From contig CAYVVD010000007.1 in assembly GCA_964454975.1 (NCBI GenBank), positions 63,074 to 127,073 of the forward strand: 64,000 nucleotides of DNA. The letters are read 5' to 3'. This stretch comes from an uncultured Hyphomicrobiales bacterium (GTDB taxonomy: Bacteria > Bacteroidota > Ignavibacteria > Kapaibacteriales > UBA2268). A model generated the notes under the pieces. That model was not told where the DNA came from, did no database searches, and saw only the letters and a program-made list of their open reading frames with translations. Of the stretch, positions 1 to 8,393 are shown in pieces. Position 1 is the stretch's first letter; the number at the start of each line of letters is the position of its first letter. Both the position numbers and the translations under genes were made by a program.

Positions 1-335
1 TCATATAAAATGACACGCGATTTTGGAAAAAGATTAAGTGCTGCTCTTACTGTTTTTAATGCCACTTCCGGCTGGTGAATGGAATTTATCTCTTCAGAAT
101 GTTGCCCTATAAATACTCCGCCTGCTTCATTATCAGCCAGCTTTCTGCTATTTCTGAATGTAAATGCAACAATAAGAATTGAATTAATTAAACCAAAAAC
201 ACATCCTGATATTAATCCAATTATTAACCAATGTTCTGAATCAATTAAATAGTGAAAAACAAGCATAAAGGTAGTGAATGGAATGCAGCTTGTCCAGAAT
301 ATCTTTATAAAAAGCTTTGTTGTTGCTCTCGGCAT
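1..335 (-). CDS. Partial small membrane protein (runs off left edge)
   Basis: Hand-translated from ATG at 335: MPRATTKLFIKIFWTSCIPFTTFMLVFHYLIDSEHWLIIGLISGCVFGLINSILIVAFTF...; two hydrophobic segments, no stop before position 1; not in ORF track. Confidence 0.6.
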   Translation of the reverse strand, partial: MPRATTKLFIKIFWTSCIPFTTFMLVFHYLIDSEHWLIIGLISGCVFGLINSILIVAFTFRNSRKLADNEAGGVFIGQHSEEINSIHQPEVALKTVRAALNLFPKSRVILY

Positions 336-463
336 AGTAATCAATGGTATATATAGAAATTAACTCTGACAGGTTTATCCCAAAGGATGGCTATGCCATT
401 AACATTTCAGAGTTGTAGATAAAATCCGGGAATAATTTAAATCTTGCAGTGCAAAAAGCAAAG

Positions 464-1237
464 CTATTTGTCTTCTTTGAAGCTTCTGAATGCGAACATA
501 TGCTGCTTTATGTAGTTTCTTGGGAAGTCAACGTCATCCAGGCCGTAACGTTCCGGTTTCTTAAGATGTTCGAAATAAGCTGTGCTGAAAATAAAATCCC
601 AGATTGCAAACTTGGTTGCAAAGTTCTTTCCCGCACCGGTGTATATCGCTGAATGATGCCATCTGTGCATCTGGGGGCCGATAATAATTTTCTGAACCCA
701 ACCCATGTTAATATCAAGATTGCTGTGAATAAACATACCCCAAACAGCACTTATCATACCCTTGTATAGCGCTACCTCTGGTGCAGCACCCAGCAGGATG
801 ATCGGGGCAAATTCAATTGTCTGATTAATCATTATCTCAAATGCATGTGAACGGGAACCTGAAAGCCAGTCAACTTCTTTTGTGGAGTGGTGTGCCTCGT
901 GAATACGCCAGAGAAACTTGTTGTGGTGCTGCCATCGGTGGAACCAATAGATATAAAGGTCATGAGTAACAACAAAAAATCCTATCTGGAGCCATAAGGG
1001 CCAATGACCTATGAGTTGGAACCGTGAAAAATTTGTTTCGTTATCCACCCATTCAAGAAACCAGAATATCAGGAGCCCAAGCAGGTAGCTTTGCACAATT
1101 GTGTAAAATATCAGGTCATTCCAGAACTGATCCCGGAAAATCCTTTGACCATGTGTGTAGGGTATGATTCTTTCAACAAGGATGAAAAACAGCGCCGCGC
1201 TGGCAACAACTATCAGAGTAAGTATGTCTTTGTCCAT
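464..1237 (-). CDS. Sterol desaturase / fatty acid hydroxylase family membrane enzyme
   Basis: His boxes HRWQH, HEAHHS, HSN, HRWHHS and KNFA motif with hydrophobic segments. Confidence 0.9.
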   Translation of the reverse strand: MDKDILTLIVVASAALFFILVERIIPYTHGQRIFRDQFWNDLIFYTIVQSYLLGLLIFWFLEWVDNETNFSRFQLIGHWPLWLQIGFFVVTHDLYIYWFHRWQHHNKFLWRIHEAHHSTKEVDWLSGSRSHAFEIMINQTIEFAPIILLGAAPEVALYKGMISAVWGMFIHSNLDINMGWVQKIIIGPQMHRWHHSAIYTGAGKNFATKFAIWDFIFSTAYFEHLKKPERYGLDDVDFPRNYIKQHMFAFRSFKEDK

Positions 1238-1296
1238 TCACAAATAAGAATTAAAATGCGTACCCCAAATCAATTTAAATTACGAAAAAAGAAATA

Positions 1297-2004
1297 TTAA
1301 TTGGAAATGGCTGCTATCAGAGCTTCCCAGTGGGTGGTTTCTACAAGTTTGTAAGTCAGGAATGCGCCGAAACTGATAAGGGTAATACCGGCAAAGCGCT
1401 GGATATTAAATACAAAGCGGTCTGTCATTTTGTGACGGAAGACCATCAGTAGCTTAACAAGAGTAAATATCCAAAGGTAAGTGCCCATGCCAAAGCCGAT
1501 GGAGAAAATAATTAATTCCGAGTAGTTGCCGGGGAAGAAGTCCAGGCTTTGCACCCAGGCAGTCGCAATACCCAGTGAAGGAAGGAATGTCGGGCTTAAT
1601 GTATTGGCAGCGGCGATTGCAATTCCAAGCAGAAAAGGACCTCTCCCTGCAAGCAATTTCAGAAATCCGGGAGTTTCCTTGCCATCTTTGTCGAGGATGT
1701 TTTCTTTCTCTGCCATGTGGGATATTCCGTAAAAAACAATCCCAACTATTGCTGCTAACTTAACTATTAAAATTGGTAATGGATAAGCGTTACTAATTTC
1801 CTCAAGTGCAGAAATCAATTTCGAAGTTGTAAATATAACAGCTATGCAAAAGAACACATCAACTATTCCGGAACCCAGGCCAACAAGAAAACCGGCTGTG
1901 CTGCCCCGGCTGAGGCTGTTGCGGATAGCTGTAACGGCGACAGGACCCGGTGTAAGGGCCATAAGAAAACCAAGAGTAGCTCCCGTAATTAATGCTATCA
2001 ACAT
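1297..2004 (-). CDS. LysE family translocator
   Basis: N-terminal GFLMALTPGPV...GFLVGLG pattern, multiple TM helices, 235 aa. Confidence 0.8.
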   Translation of the reverse strand: MLIALITGATLGFLMALTPGPVAVTAIRNSLSRGSTAGFLVGLGSGIVDVFFCIAVIFTTSKLISALEEISNAYPLPILIVKLAAIVGIVFYGISHMAEKENILDKDGKETPGFLKLLAGRGPFLLGIAIAAANTLSPTFLPSLGIATAWVQSLDFFPGNYSELIIFSIGFGMGTYLWIFTLVKLLMVFRHKMTDRFVFNIQRFAGITLISFGAFLTYKLVETTHWEALIAAISN

Positions 2005-2137
2005 TTTCTAAGGTTTACCGTTAAATTGAGTTTTTTATGCTGCATTTGTAAGTCGTTAGAATGTATAAAAGATACGAAGATATGAATACAAAACAATATT
2101 ATGTGGACAATTTGCACATTCGGGTTTAAATTTTAAT

Positions 2138-3172
2138 TTAAAGCTGGTTCAGCACCCTAACGTCATTTTCATAAAATAACCTGATATCATCTACACCGGT
2201 ACGTAGCATTGCAACCCTTTCAATTCCAAAACCAAAGGCATATCCGCTATATTCTTCCGGGTCAATCCCTCCTGACTTAATGACATTCGGGTGGACCATG
2301 CCGCAGCCAACTATTTCCAGCCAGCCTGTTTGCTTGCAAACTCTGCATCCGGAACCACCGCAGAGGAAACAAGTAATATCCATCTCAGCGCTTGGTTCGG
2401 TAAATGGAAAGAAAGACGGGCGGAAACGGAATTCAATATTCTCGCCGTACATCTTCCGTGCAAAGTTTACTACAGTGCCTTTCAGCTCTGCAAAGCTGAC
2501 ATTCCTGTCAATATACAAGCCTTCTACCTGATGGAACTCTGCAAGAGAGCGGGCATTTATTGCCTCGTTGCGGTAAACTCTTCCCGGCATTATTGCCCTG
2601 ATAGGCGGTTTCATTGAACGCATTACGCGAATCTGCACAGGAGATGTATGCGTCCTTAGAAGCAAGTCCTTTCCGGATTTCAGGAAAAAGGTGTCCTGCA
2701 TATCGCGGGCCGGATGATCAGGCGGGAAGTTCAGTGCATCAAAATTATGAAAATCATCTTCTATATCCGGGCCTTCTGCAATTGAGAAACCCATCTTTAC
2801 GAATATTTCCTTCATCTCATCCAGCACTTTCAATACGGGGTGTCGTGTACCGACAGCACCCCTTCTGCCGGGGAGTGTCAGGTCAATCTCAGGAGTTGAG
2901 TCAGCTTTTGCTGTAAGCGATTCCAGCTTTTCATTGAATTTTTCCTGGACAGTCCTGCGCAGTTCATTCAATTCCTTGCCGACAAGCGGCTTGTCCTGGG
3001 GAAGTACATCCTTCAGCCTGTTGAAAAATCCCTGGATTCTGCCCTTTTTAACAAGATATTTCAGCTTAAAATTTTCAAGAGCATCCGTGGACGCCGCCTG
3101 CGAGAGTTCATTTAACGCTTCTTTAAGTGTCTTTCGGATATCTTCAAGCATAGAACTATTTGTATTTATCAA
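2138..3172 (-). CDS. pheS: Phenylalanyl-tRNA synthetase alpha subunit (true start probably ATG at 3151)
   Basis: [47 protein letters not shown] motifs. Confidence 0.98.
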   Translation of the reverse strand: MINTNSSMLEDIRKTLKEALNELSQAASTDALENFKLKYLVKKGRIQGFFNRLKDVLPQDKPLVGKELNELRRTVQEKFNEKLESLTAKADSTPEIDLTLPGRRGAVGTRHPVLKVLDEMKEIFVKMGFSIAEGPDIEDDFHNFDALNFPPDHPARDMQDTFFLKSGKDLLLRTHTSPVQIRVMRSMKPPIRAIMPGRVYRNEAINARSLAEFHQVEGLYIDRNVSFAELKGTVVNFARKMYGENIEFRFRPSFFPFTEPSAEMDITCFLCGGSGCRVCKQTGWLEIVGCGMVHPNVIKSGGIDPEEYSGYAFGFGIERVAMLRTGVDDIRLFYENDVRVLNQL

Positions 3173-3177
3173 AACCT

Positions 3178-3185
3178 CAAATTTA
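3178..3185 (-). promoter_or_regulatory. Bacteroidota-type -7 promoter element (TAAATTTG) upstream of pheS
   Basis: Matches TAnnTTTG; 27 nt upstream of ATG 3151. Confidence 0.5.
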
Positions 3186-3260
3186 ATTAATATTAGTGAT
3201 TAAACCATTCTCTTCGGATTTGTTACATGACAGTTAAATTTACAATTCACAAAAATAATA

Positions 3261-4691
3261 TTGAATTTGACTCAGTTTAATACAAACTCAGATTTTTCAA
3301 TTTTCGCAGGTATTTCCCCGGCATTTCTTGCCAATGCAATCAGCAGGGGCCGTTGGAGGTATGCTCCACACCTGGGTATTATAGACTCCGCATTAAAAGA
3401 ACTAAGCTTCGGCCAAGATAAACGGATAATTATTAACTTGCCGCCACGGCACGGCAAATCAGAGCTTGTATCGAAATACTTTCCATTCTGGTACCTCGGC
3501 AATTTCCCGGATAAAAAAATTATTCTCGCCTCTTATGCAGCAGACTTTGCGGAATATTGGGGAGCTAATGTACGCGAGCTTATCAATGAATGGGGTATGG
3601 GGCTTTATGGCATTTCACTGTCCGGCAGGGCAACGGGGAACCTGGCTTTAGCTGATTACGGCGGAGGAATGATAAGCATGGGAGCAGGCGGCCAAATAAC
3701 AGGAAGGGGCGCCGATTTGATAATAATTGACGATCCTGTTAAAAACGATGCCGAAGCACACAGCGTAACTTATCGGGACAAGCTGTGGGACTGGTTCCGT
3801 TCAACGCTTCTTACAAGGCTCGAGCCCGGAGCTTCTCTGGTATTAATAATGACCCGCTGGCACAATGACGACCTGGCGTCAAGAATACTTAAGCATGATA
3901 TAGAGCACAGATGGGAGCAAATAAAGTTGCCTGCTGTTGCGGGAGAAAATGATATTCTCGGAAGAAAGCCGGGAGATGCGCTCTGGAAGGAGCGCTACAG
4001 CCGTGAAAGCCTTGATTCAATCAAAGAAAGCATTGGCTCGTATTGGTTTTCGGCGTTATACCAGCAGGAGCCGGAAACAGAAAATTACGGAATATTCAGA
4101 AGGGAATATTTCAAATATTTTGATTTGAAGAGAGATTTGATTGATTATGGAGGTATATATCTGCATCCGGATCAGTACAAAATGTTTTCAGTTGTTGATT
4201 TGGCGATCTCTGAAAAGGAAACAGCAGATTTTACAGTTGTGCTTACTTTTGCCTTAGACAGGTACAACAATGCGTATATCCTCGATATTATCCGGGAACG
4301 CGTGAGCGGTACAAGGCACCTTGAACTCCTAATCAGCGTTTACAAAAAGTGGAAGCCACTGAAAATCGGAATAGAGAGCGTTCAATTCCAGAAGTCGCTT
4401 GCCCGGATGGCTCTGGATAGGGGTCTGCCAGTGATAGAATTAATCCCGGACAAGGACAAAGTTTCCCGTGCATTCCCAATTGCGGCTCGAATGGAATCAG
4501 GGAAGGTATTCTTTCCCCGTAACGCACCCTGGCTGGCAAAATTCGAAGAAGAACTGCTGTTATTCCCGGGAGGGAGGCATGACGATCAGGCAGACGCGCT
4601 TGCGTATATAATGTATTTTATCGGGCAGGACTCTGGTTACAATCTTGTATCAGGCAATCCAAAAAACAGGATGCGGGTTGGTCTGACGTAA
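3261..4691 (+). CDS. terL: Phage terminase large subunit (Terminase_6 ATPase + C-terminal nuclease)
   Basis: Walker A IINLPPRHGKS, Walker B LIIIDDP, IMTRWH coupling region, nuclease VDLA and HDDQADAL; uninterrupted 476-aa ORF. Confidence 0.92.
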   Translation: MNLTQFNTNSDFSIFAGISPAFLANAISRGRWRYAPHLGIIDSALKELSFGQDKRIIINLPPRHGKSELVSKYFPFWYLGNFPDKKIILASYAADFAEYWGANVRELINEWGMGLYGISLSGRATGNLALADYGGGMISMGAGGQITGRGADLIIIDDPVKNDAEAHSVTYRDKLWDWFRSTLLTRLEPGASLVLIMTRWHNDDLASRILKHDIEHRWEQIKLPAVAGENDILGRKPGDALWKERYSRESLDSIKESIGSYWFSALYQQEPETENYGIFRREYFKYFDLKRDLIDYGGIYLHPDQYKMFSVVDLAISEKETADFTVVLTFALDRYNNAYILDIIRERVSGTRHLELLISVYKKWKPLKIGIESVQFQKSLARMALDRGLPVIELIPDKDKVSRAFPIAARMESGKVFFPRNAPWLAKFEEELLLFPGGRHDDQADALAYIMYFIGQDSGYNLVSGNPKNRMRVGLT

Positions 4692-4788
4692 TTAATTGTA
4701 TGATAAAATTCAAATAGTCATTCTGACGAACGAAGTGAGGAAGAATCCAAGAGTCGAAAGTTTGCAAATTTTGTTCTTTTATCTCTCC

Positions 4789-5169
4789 CTACACAGCCCG
4801 TCCCCAAACGTTCCCAGCCCAGACAAGGAAAATCCCTATGGAAATGCTCGCAGCAATATAAATCAATGCCTGTGGTGCGTATCCCCGGTCTATCATGGAA
4901 AATGTCTCAAGTCCGAATGCGGAAAAAGTTGTGAACCCGCCAAGCAAGCCTGTGAAAATCAAGAGCCGTATATGATGAGGTATTGCTTCATTACCCTCAA
5001 ACATGCCACCAAGAAAACCGATTGCAAGGCAGCCAAGCAGGTTTACGGCAAGCGTTCCAAATGGGAAATGCCACTTAACAAATACGCCTTGCACCAATTC
5101 ACCAAGTAAATAACGCAAAATTGCACCTGTAAATCCGCCGAACCCAACCATCAATATATTTACAAGCAA
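4789..5169 (-). CDS. crcB: Fluoride efflux channel Fluc/CrcB
   Basis: GGFTGAILRY, FPFGTLAVNLLGC, GLLGGFTTFSAF motifs; 126 aa. Confidence 0.97.
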   Translation of the reverse strand: MLVNILMVGFGGFTGAILRYLLGELVQGVFVKWHFPFGTLAVNLLGCLAIGFLGGMFEGNEAIPHHIRLLIFTGLLGGFTTFSAFGLETFSMIDRGYAPQALIYIAASISIGIFLVWAGNVWGRAV

Positions 5170-5230
5170 TATACTTCCCGTGTTATTTCAAATTGCCTTG
5201 TTTGAGGCATTACGCTTAAAGCCATAAGTT

Positions 5231-5238
5231 CAAATATA
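5231..5238 (-). promoter_or_regulatory. Bacteroidota-type -7 element (TATATTTG) upstream of crcB
   Basis: Matches TAnnTTTG about 60 nt upstream of the crcB start. Confidence 0.45.
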
Positions 5239-5251
5239 CAGAATAAGAGGA

Positions 5252-5713
5252 TTGCAAATGCAGGTATGGGACAGGCAAAAGGGCGAAGAAGCAGCAGCTT
5301 TTGAATTATTCGCCGAATTCAGGGATAGTGGGAGCAGGAATATAGGCAAAGTGGTAGAGTCACATCCCAGGGCAAAATCATGGATAAAACGCAACAGGTG
5401 GGTGGATCGGGCAGATGCTTATGACAGATTCTTTGCTCATCACAATTGTGAAATAGATGATGACATCCTTAATGCACTGCAGAAGCGGGTACGGGAAGAA
5501 CTTTCGGGCGAAATTTCAACAAAGGATGCTGTGAATCTGCTCTCATCATTTGAAAAGCTAATAAACGAGCGTTCCAGGAGCCGTCAGGAAAAGAATCTGC
5601 AAAATGAAAATCCTGTTCCCAAAATGATAAGGGAATTTGCAGAAAAAATCTGCAAGAATAAAAAAGCTTCGGAACTTGCAGGTATGATATTAACTCTTAT
5701 TGGCAATGAATGA
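5252..5713 (+). CDS. Phage terminase small subunit-like protein (start probably ATG 5258)
   Basis: N-terminus WDRQKGE...AF..F..FRDSG.R...W....WVDRADAYD resembles the W.RQ.GE...AF..F..YRD.G...W...W..RA.AYD pattern of phage proteins found next to terL; recognised by eye. Confidence 0.55.
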   Translation: MQMQVWDRQKGEEAAAFELFAEFRDSGSRNIGKVVESHPRAKSWIKRNRWVDRADAYDRFFAHHNCEIDDDILNALQKRVREELSGEISTKDAVNLLSSFEKLINERSRSRQEKNLQNENPVPKMIREFAEKICKNKKASELAGMILTLIGNE

Positions 5714-5721
5714 GAAATTAC

Positions 5722-5729
5722 TAATTTTG
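5722..5729 (+). promoter_or_regulatory. Bacteroidota-type -7 element (TAATTTTG) upstream of DUF6530 gene
   Basis: Matches TAnnTTTG; AGGAG ribosome-binding site follows before ATG 5758. Confidence 0.45.
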
Positions 5730-5757
5730 TAAATAACTAAATTACAAAAGGAGTAAA

Positions 5758-6240
5758 ATGAAAATTCCTACAGAATTGAAGCACAAGCCGGTAATCGTAT
5801 CAGAAGGTTACGATAAGGTTGACGGCAGGAAGGCGCGAAAGTCAGATGCTAAGGGCTTGTCACTTGGACTGGCGCAGTGGAACGACCGCGGCAACGTGGA
5901 CATCTCCGCCAAAATATGGCGGCATACAGGTGAGAAATGGTCCCGGCAGTCGGAGGAGCTGCCCTTCCACCGTGTGATAGACCTTGCGATATTAATTTGT
6001 AAAGCTAAATATTATTTTCGCGAGCGATACAGGTTTACAGAGAAGGGTTTCCCCGATTTCCCACTGCTGGACAGGATTGGAGTTCAGGGCGGCGCAATGA
6101 ATTTTGCCCTCTGCACAGAAAACGGTCACCTGGATGAGGACCTAAAACTGTTCGACAAATGCCTCCGCAAGGACGACGAGATATTAAGCGAACGCCTCGG
6201 TGTGCTTGCGAAAGTGCTTAAGGAGTTGGAGTTGGTGTAA
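5758..6240 (+). CDS. DUF6530-like protein
   Basis: MKIPTELKHKPVIVSE...SDAKGLSLGLAQWNDRG..DISAK.WR.TGEKWSRQSEELP.HRV.DLAILIC recalled as the conserved DUF6530 signature. Confidence 0.7.
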   Translation: MKIPTELKHKPVIVSEGYDKVDGRKARKSDAKGLSLGLAQWNDRGNVDISAKIWRHTGEKWSRQSEELPFHRVIDLAILICKAKYYFRERYRFTEKGFPDFPLLDRIGVQGGAMNFALCTENGHLDEDLKLFDKCLRKDDEILSERLGVLAKVLKELELV

Positions 6241-6274
6241 GCGTGAGGATGGATGATTGTCCTCTCTTGTTTTC

Positions 6275-7687
6275 CTACTTCTTTATCACAACAAACTCTG
6301 TGCGGCGGTTCTGACGGCGGCCTTCGTCTGTGTCGTTGCTTGCCACAGGCATTAAATCGCCATAGCCTTTAGTTTTGATGCGCTCTTTGGCAATTCCAAG
6401 GTTAATCAGTGCATTTTGAACGGCATCGGCACGCTTTTGCGAGAGCTTTTGGTTGTACCCGGTATCTCCCGTGGAATTGCGGTTGTCCGTATGGCCCTGG
6501 ATTTCTATCATCATAGCCGGGTAAGTCTCCATCAGCTTAGCCACGCTTTTAATTATGGGCAGCGACTCCCGCTTGATGCTTGCTTTGTCGAAATCAAAAT
6601 TAATGCGAAGAAGAGTAATTGTCCCCACATCAGGAATATTGCTGAAATGTGATTTTGCCGATAGCGTATCGCCATTCAGGCAGTAAATCAGCTCAAGCTC
6701 ATACCTGCCGTAATCTTCAAGCTCGAGGGGAATTTCATAGTAATTTGAAAGTCGTGTATATATATCGTCAAAAACATACTTGAATTCATCTGTTTTGTAG
6801 ATGTGATGATACGTGCCGCCTGTATTCCGGGAGAATCCCTTCATATAGGCTGTATCTATATTTGCACCGAAGTCCACACCGCAAACCATGATATTATTAT
6901 TTGCGGCAACAGCTATTACAGAGTCTTTTTTGAATGTAGAGCTATTATCAAATCCATCAGTAAAAACAACTACGGCACGTGAATCATAATCCTTAACCGG
7001 TATTAACTGCTCCAGGCCGGAGCCAACAGCATTAGCTATTGCCGTCATACCACCGTATTTGCCGAGCCCGTCAATAGCAAGCGAGTTGCTTAGTGACTCC
7101 CGCGAAGTAGTGAGCGGAGATTCAACGCCAACAACAGCATCATATTTGATCAGCGAAAAAGCATCCTGACGGCGCTTGGCTTCAATAAGGCTTTTCATAG
7201 CGCGTTGCACGGCAAAAGCCCTGTCGTCGCCCATGGAGCCGCTGTGGTCCATGGCAAATGCAATCGCGTATTTTTCTTTGTCCATGGCATTAACTTCATT
7301 AACATCAAAGAGCTTTACTATTTTTCTCTCACCGTTTACGGTGAGGAATATCCCGCACCAGAAGTCACGGTAAGGCTTTTCGGCAGCGCCTTTCAGGTAG
7401 AACATTCTTTCGTCGCTCAAATGAGCACGGATAATAACTTTGTCCGGCCTGCGTGTGTCAATTGAACTAATTTCCAGCTTTGCATCGTTTATATTATCAG
7501 GGTCGAAGTCTTTTACTTGTGTCATGAAGACGGGGTCATAACCTGTGGGAGGATTAGCGTCATCAAAAATAACAATCTCGCGCTCTTTTAAACCGGTGCA
7601 GGAAGCAAGGAGAACTGTAACAAAAATCAACAACCAGGGTTTCATTTTTTTAACTTTTGGTTGAACAAGTAATTTTTCGAAGCGCAA
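6275..7687 (-). CDS. Lipoprotein with VWA domain and C-terminal OmpA peptidoglycan-binding domain (start possibly ATG 7645)
   Basis: Lipobox LLASC; MIDAS DHSGS, FTDG; OmpA motifs IQGHTD, NQKLSQKRADAV, QNRRTEF. Confidence 0.88.
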   Translation of the reverse strand: MRFEKLLVQPKVKKMKPWLLIFVTVLLASCTGLKEREIVIFDDANPPTGYDPVFMTQVKDFDPDNINDAKLEISSIDTRRPDKVIIRAHLSDERMFYLKGAAEKPYRDFWCGIFLTVNGERKIVKLFDVNEVNAMDKEKYAIAFAMDHSGSMGDDRAFAVQRAMKSLIEAKRRQDAFSLIKYDAVVGVESPLTTSRESLSNSLAIDGLGKYGGMTAIANAVGSGLEQLIPVKDYDSRAVVVFTDGFDNSSTFKKDSVIAVAANNNIMVCGVDFGANIDTAYMKGFSRNTGGTYHHIYKTDEFKYVFDDIYTRLSNYYEIPLELEDYGRYELELIYCLNGDTLSAKSHFSNIPDVGTITLLRINFDFDKASIKRESLPIIKSVAKLMETYPAMMIEIQGHTDNRNSTGDTGYNQKLSQKRADAVQNALINLGIAKERIKTKGYGDLMPVASNDTDEGRRQNRRTEFVVIKK

Positions 7688-7798
7688 TATATGAATAAAT
7701 GTTAATTTTAGGTTGATCTTTAAGGATTGATAAGATTAAATGCTTTATTTTAAAAACGCTTGTAACATTTAAGAAATAATGGTGTTTTAGTTTATAGA

Positions 7799-8368
7799 AT
7801 GAAAAAAGGGTGGGCGGAACATAGCGACCAAGAGTTATTTGACCTGATAGTTGCAGGAAGCAAGAATTCTGAGAACGCCTTCACGGAGCTTTATAACAGG
7901 TATTCGCCCCGTGTTTATGCCTATTGCAGGCGGTTCCTTGGCAACGAAGAGGAAGCGATGGACGTATTCCAGGAGACTTTCATAAAGTTCCACCAGTGTG
8001 CGGACAGGGACAGGGAAATGACTAATGTCCCCGCATTTCTTCTGAAAATAGCACGGAACTTGTGCGTAAACCTGAGAAGGCGCGAAAAGACAATGGTCAC
8101 ATTCGAGGATTATATGATAAATGACCATGTTGTCCAGAGTGATAAGGACGAGCTTCTCGGATTGATAAAATCCGCTCTTGAACTACTGCCTGATGATTAC
8201 AGGGAAGTATTCATCCTGAGGGAATACGACGGGCTTTCGTACCAGGAAATTACGGATGTAACCGGGATAACCCTTGCAACAGTTAAAGTAAGAATCTTCA
8301 GGGCAAAACAGAAAATCAGGGAAATCCTGGCACCGTACCTGAAGGAGCTATCAAAATATGGAGATTAA
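7799..8368 (+). CDS. ECF RNA polymerase sigma factor
   Basis: AFTELYNRY, DVFQETF, region 4 LPDDYREVFILREYDGLSYQEI...TVKVRIFRAK. Confidence 0.95.
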   Translation: MKKGWAEHSDQELFDLIVAGSKNSENAFTELYNRYSPRVYAYCRRFLGNEEEAMDVFQETFIKFHQCADRDREMTNVPAFLLKIARNLCVNLRRREKTMVTFEDYMINDHVVQSDKDELLGLIKSALELLPDDYREVFILREYDGLSYQEITDVTGITLATVKVRIFRAKQKIREILAPYLKELSKYGD

Positions 8369-8393
8369 TTAAATTATATATTGAGACGTTACG

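Noticed and set aside
4696-5109. 137-aa plus-strand ORF between terL and the TerS-like gene as a phage gene
   Set aside because: Overlaps crcB almost fully on the opposite strand; crcB is the well-supported frame.
5170-5230. Fluoride riboswitch upstream of crcB
   Set aside because: The leader has only a small TGCCT/AGGCA hairpin; the conserved GATG..GTTC...TAATG.C..CT pattern is absent.
3261-6240. Calling the terminase region a prophage
   Set aside because: No integrase, portal, capsid, tail or lysis genes and no att-like direct repeats seen; housekeeping genes are interleaved.
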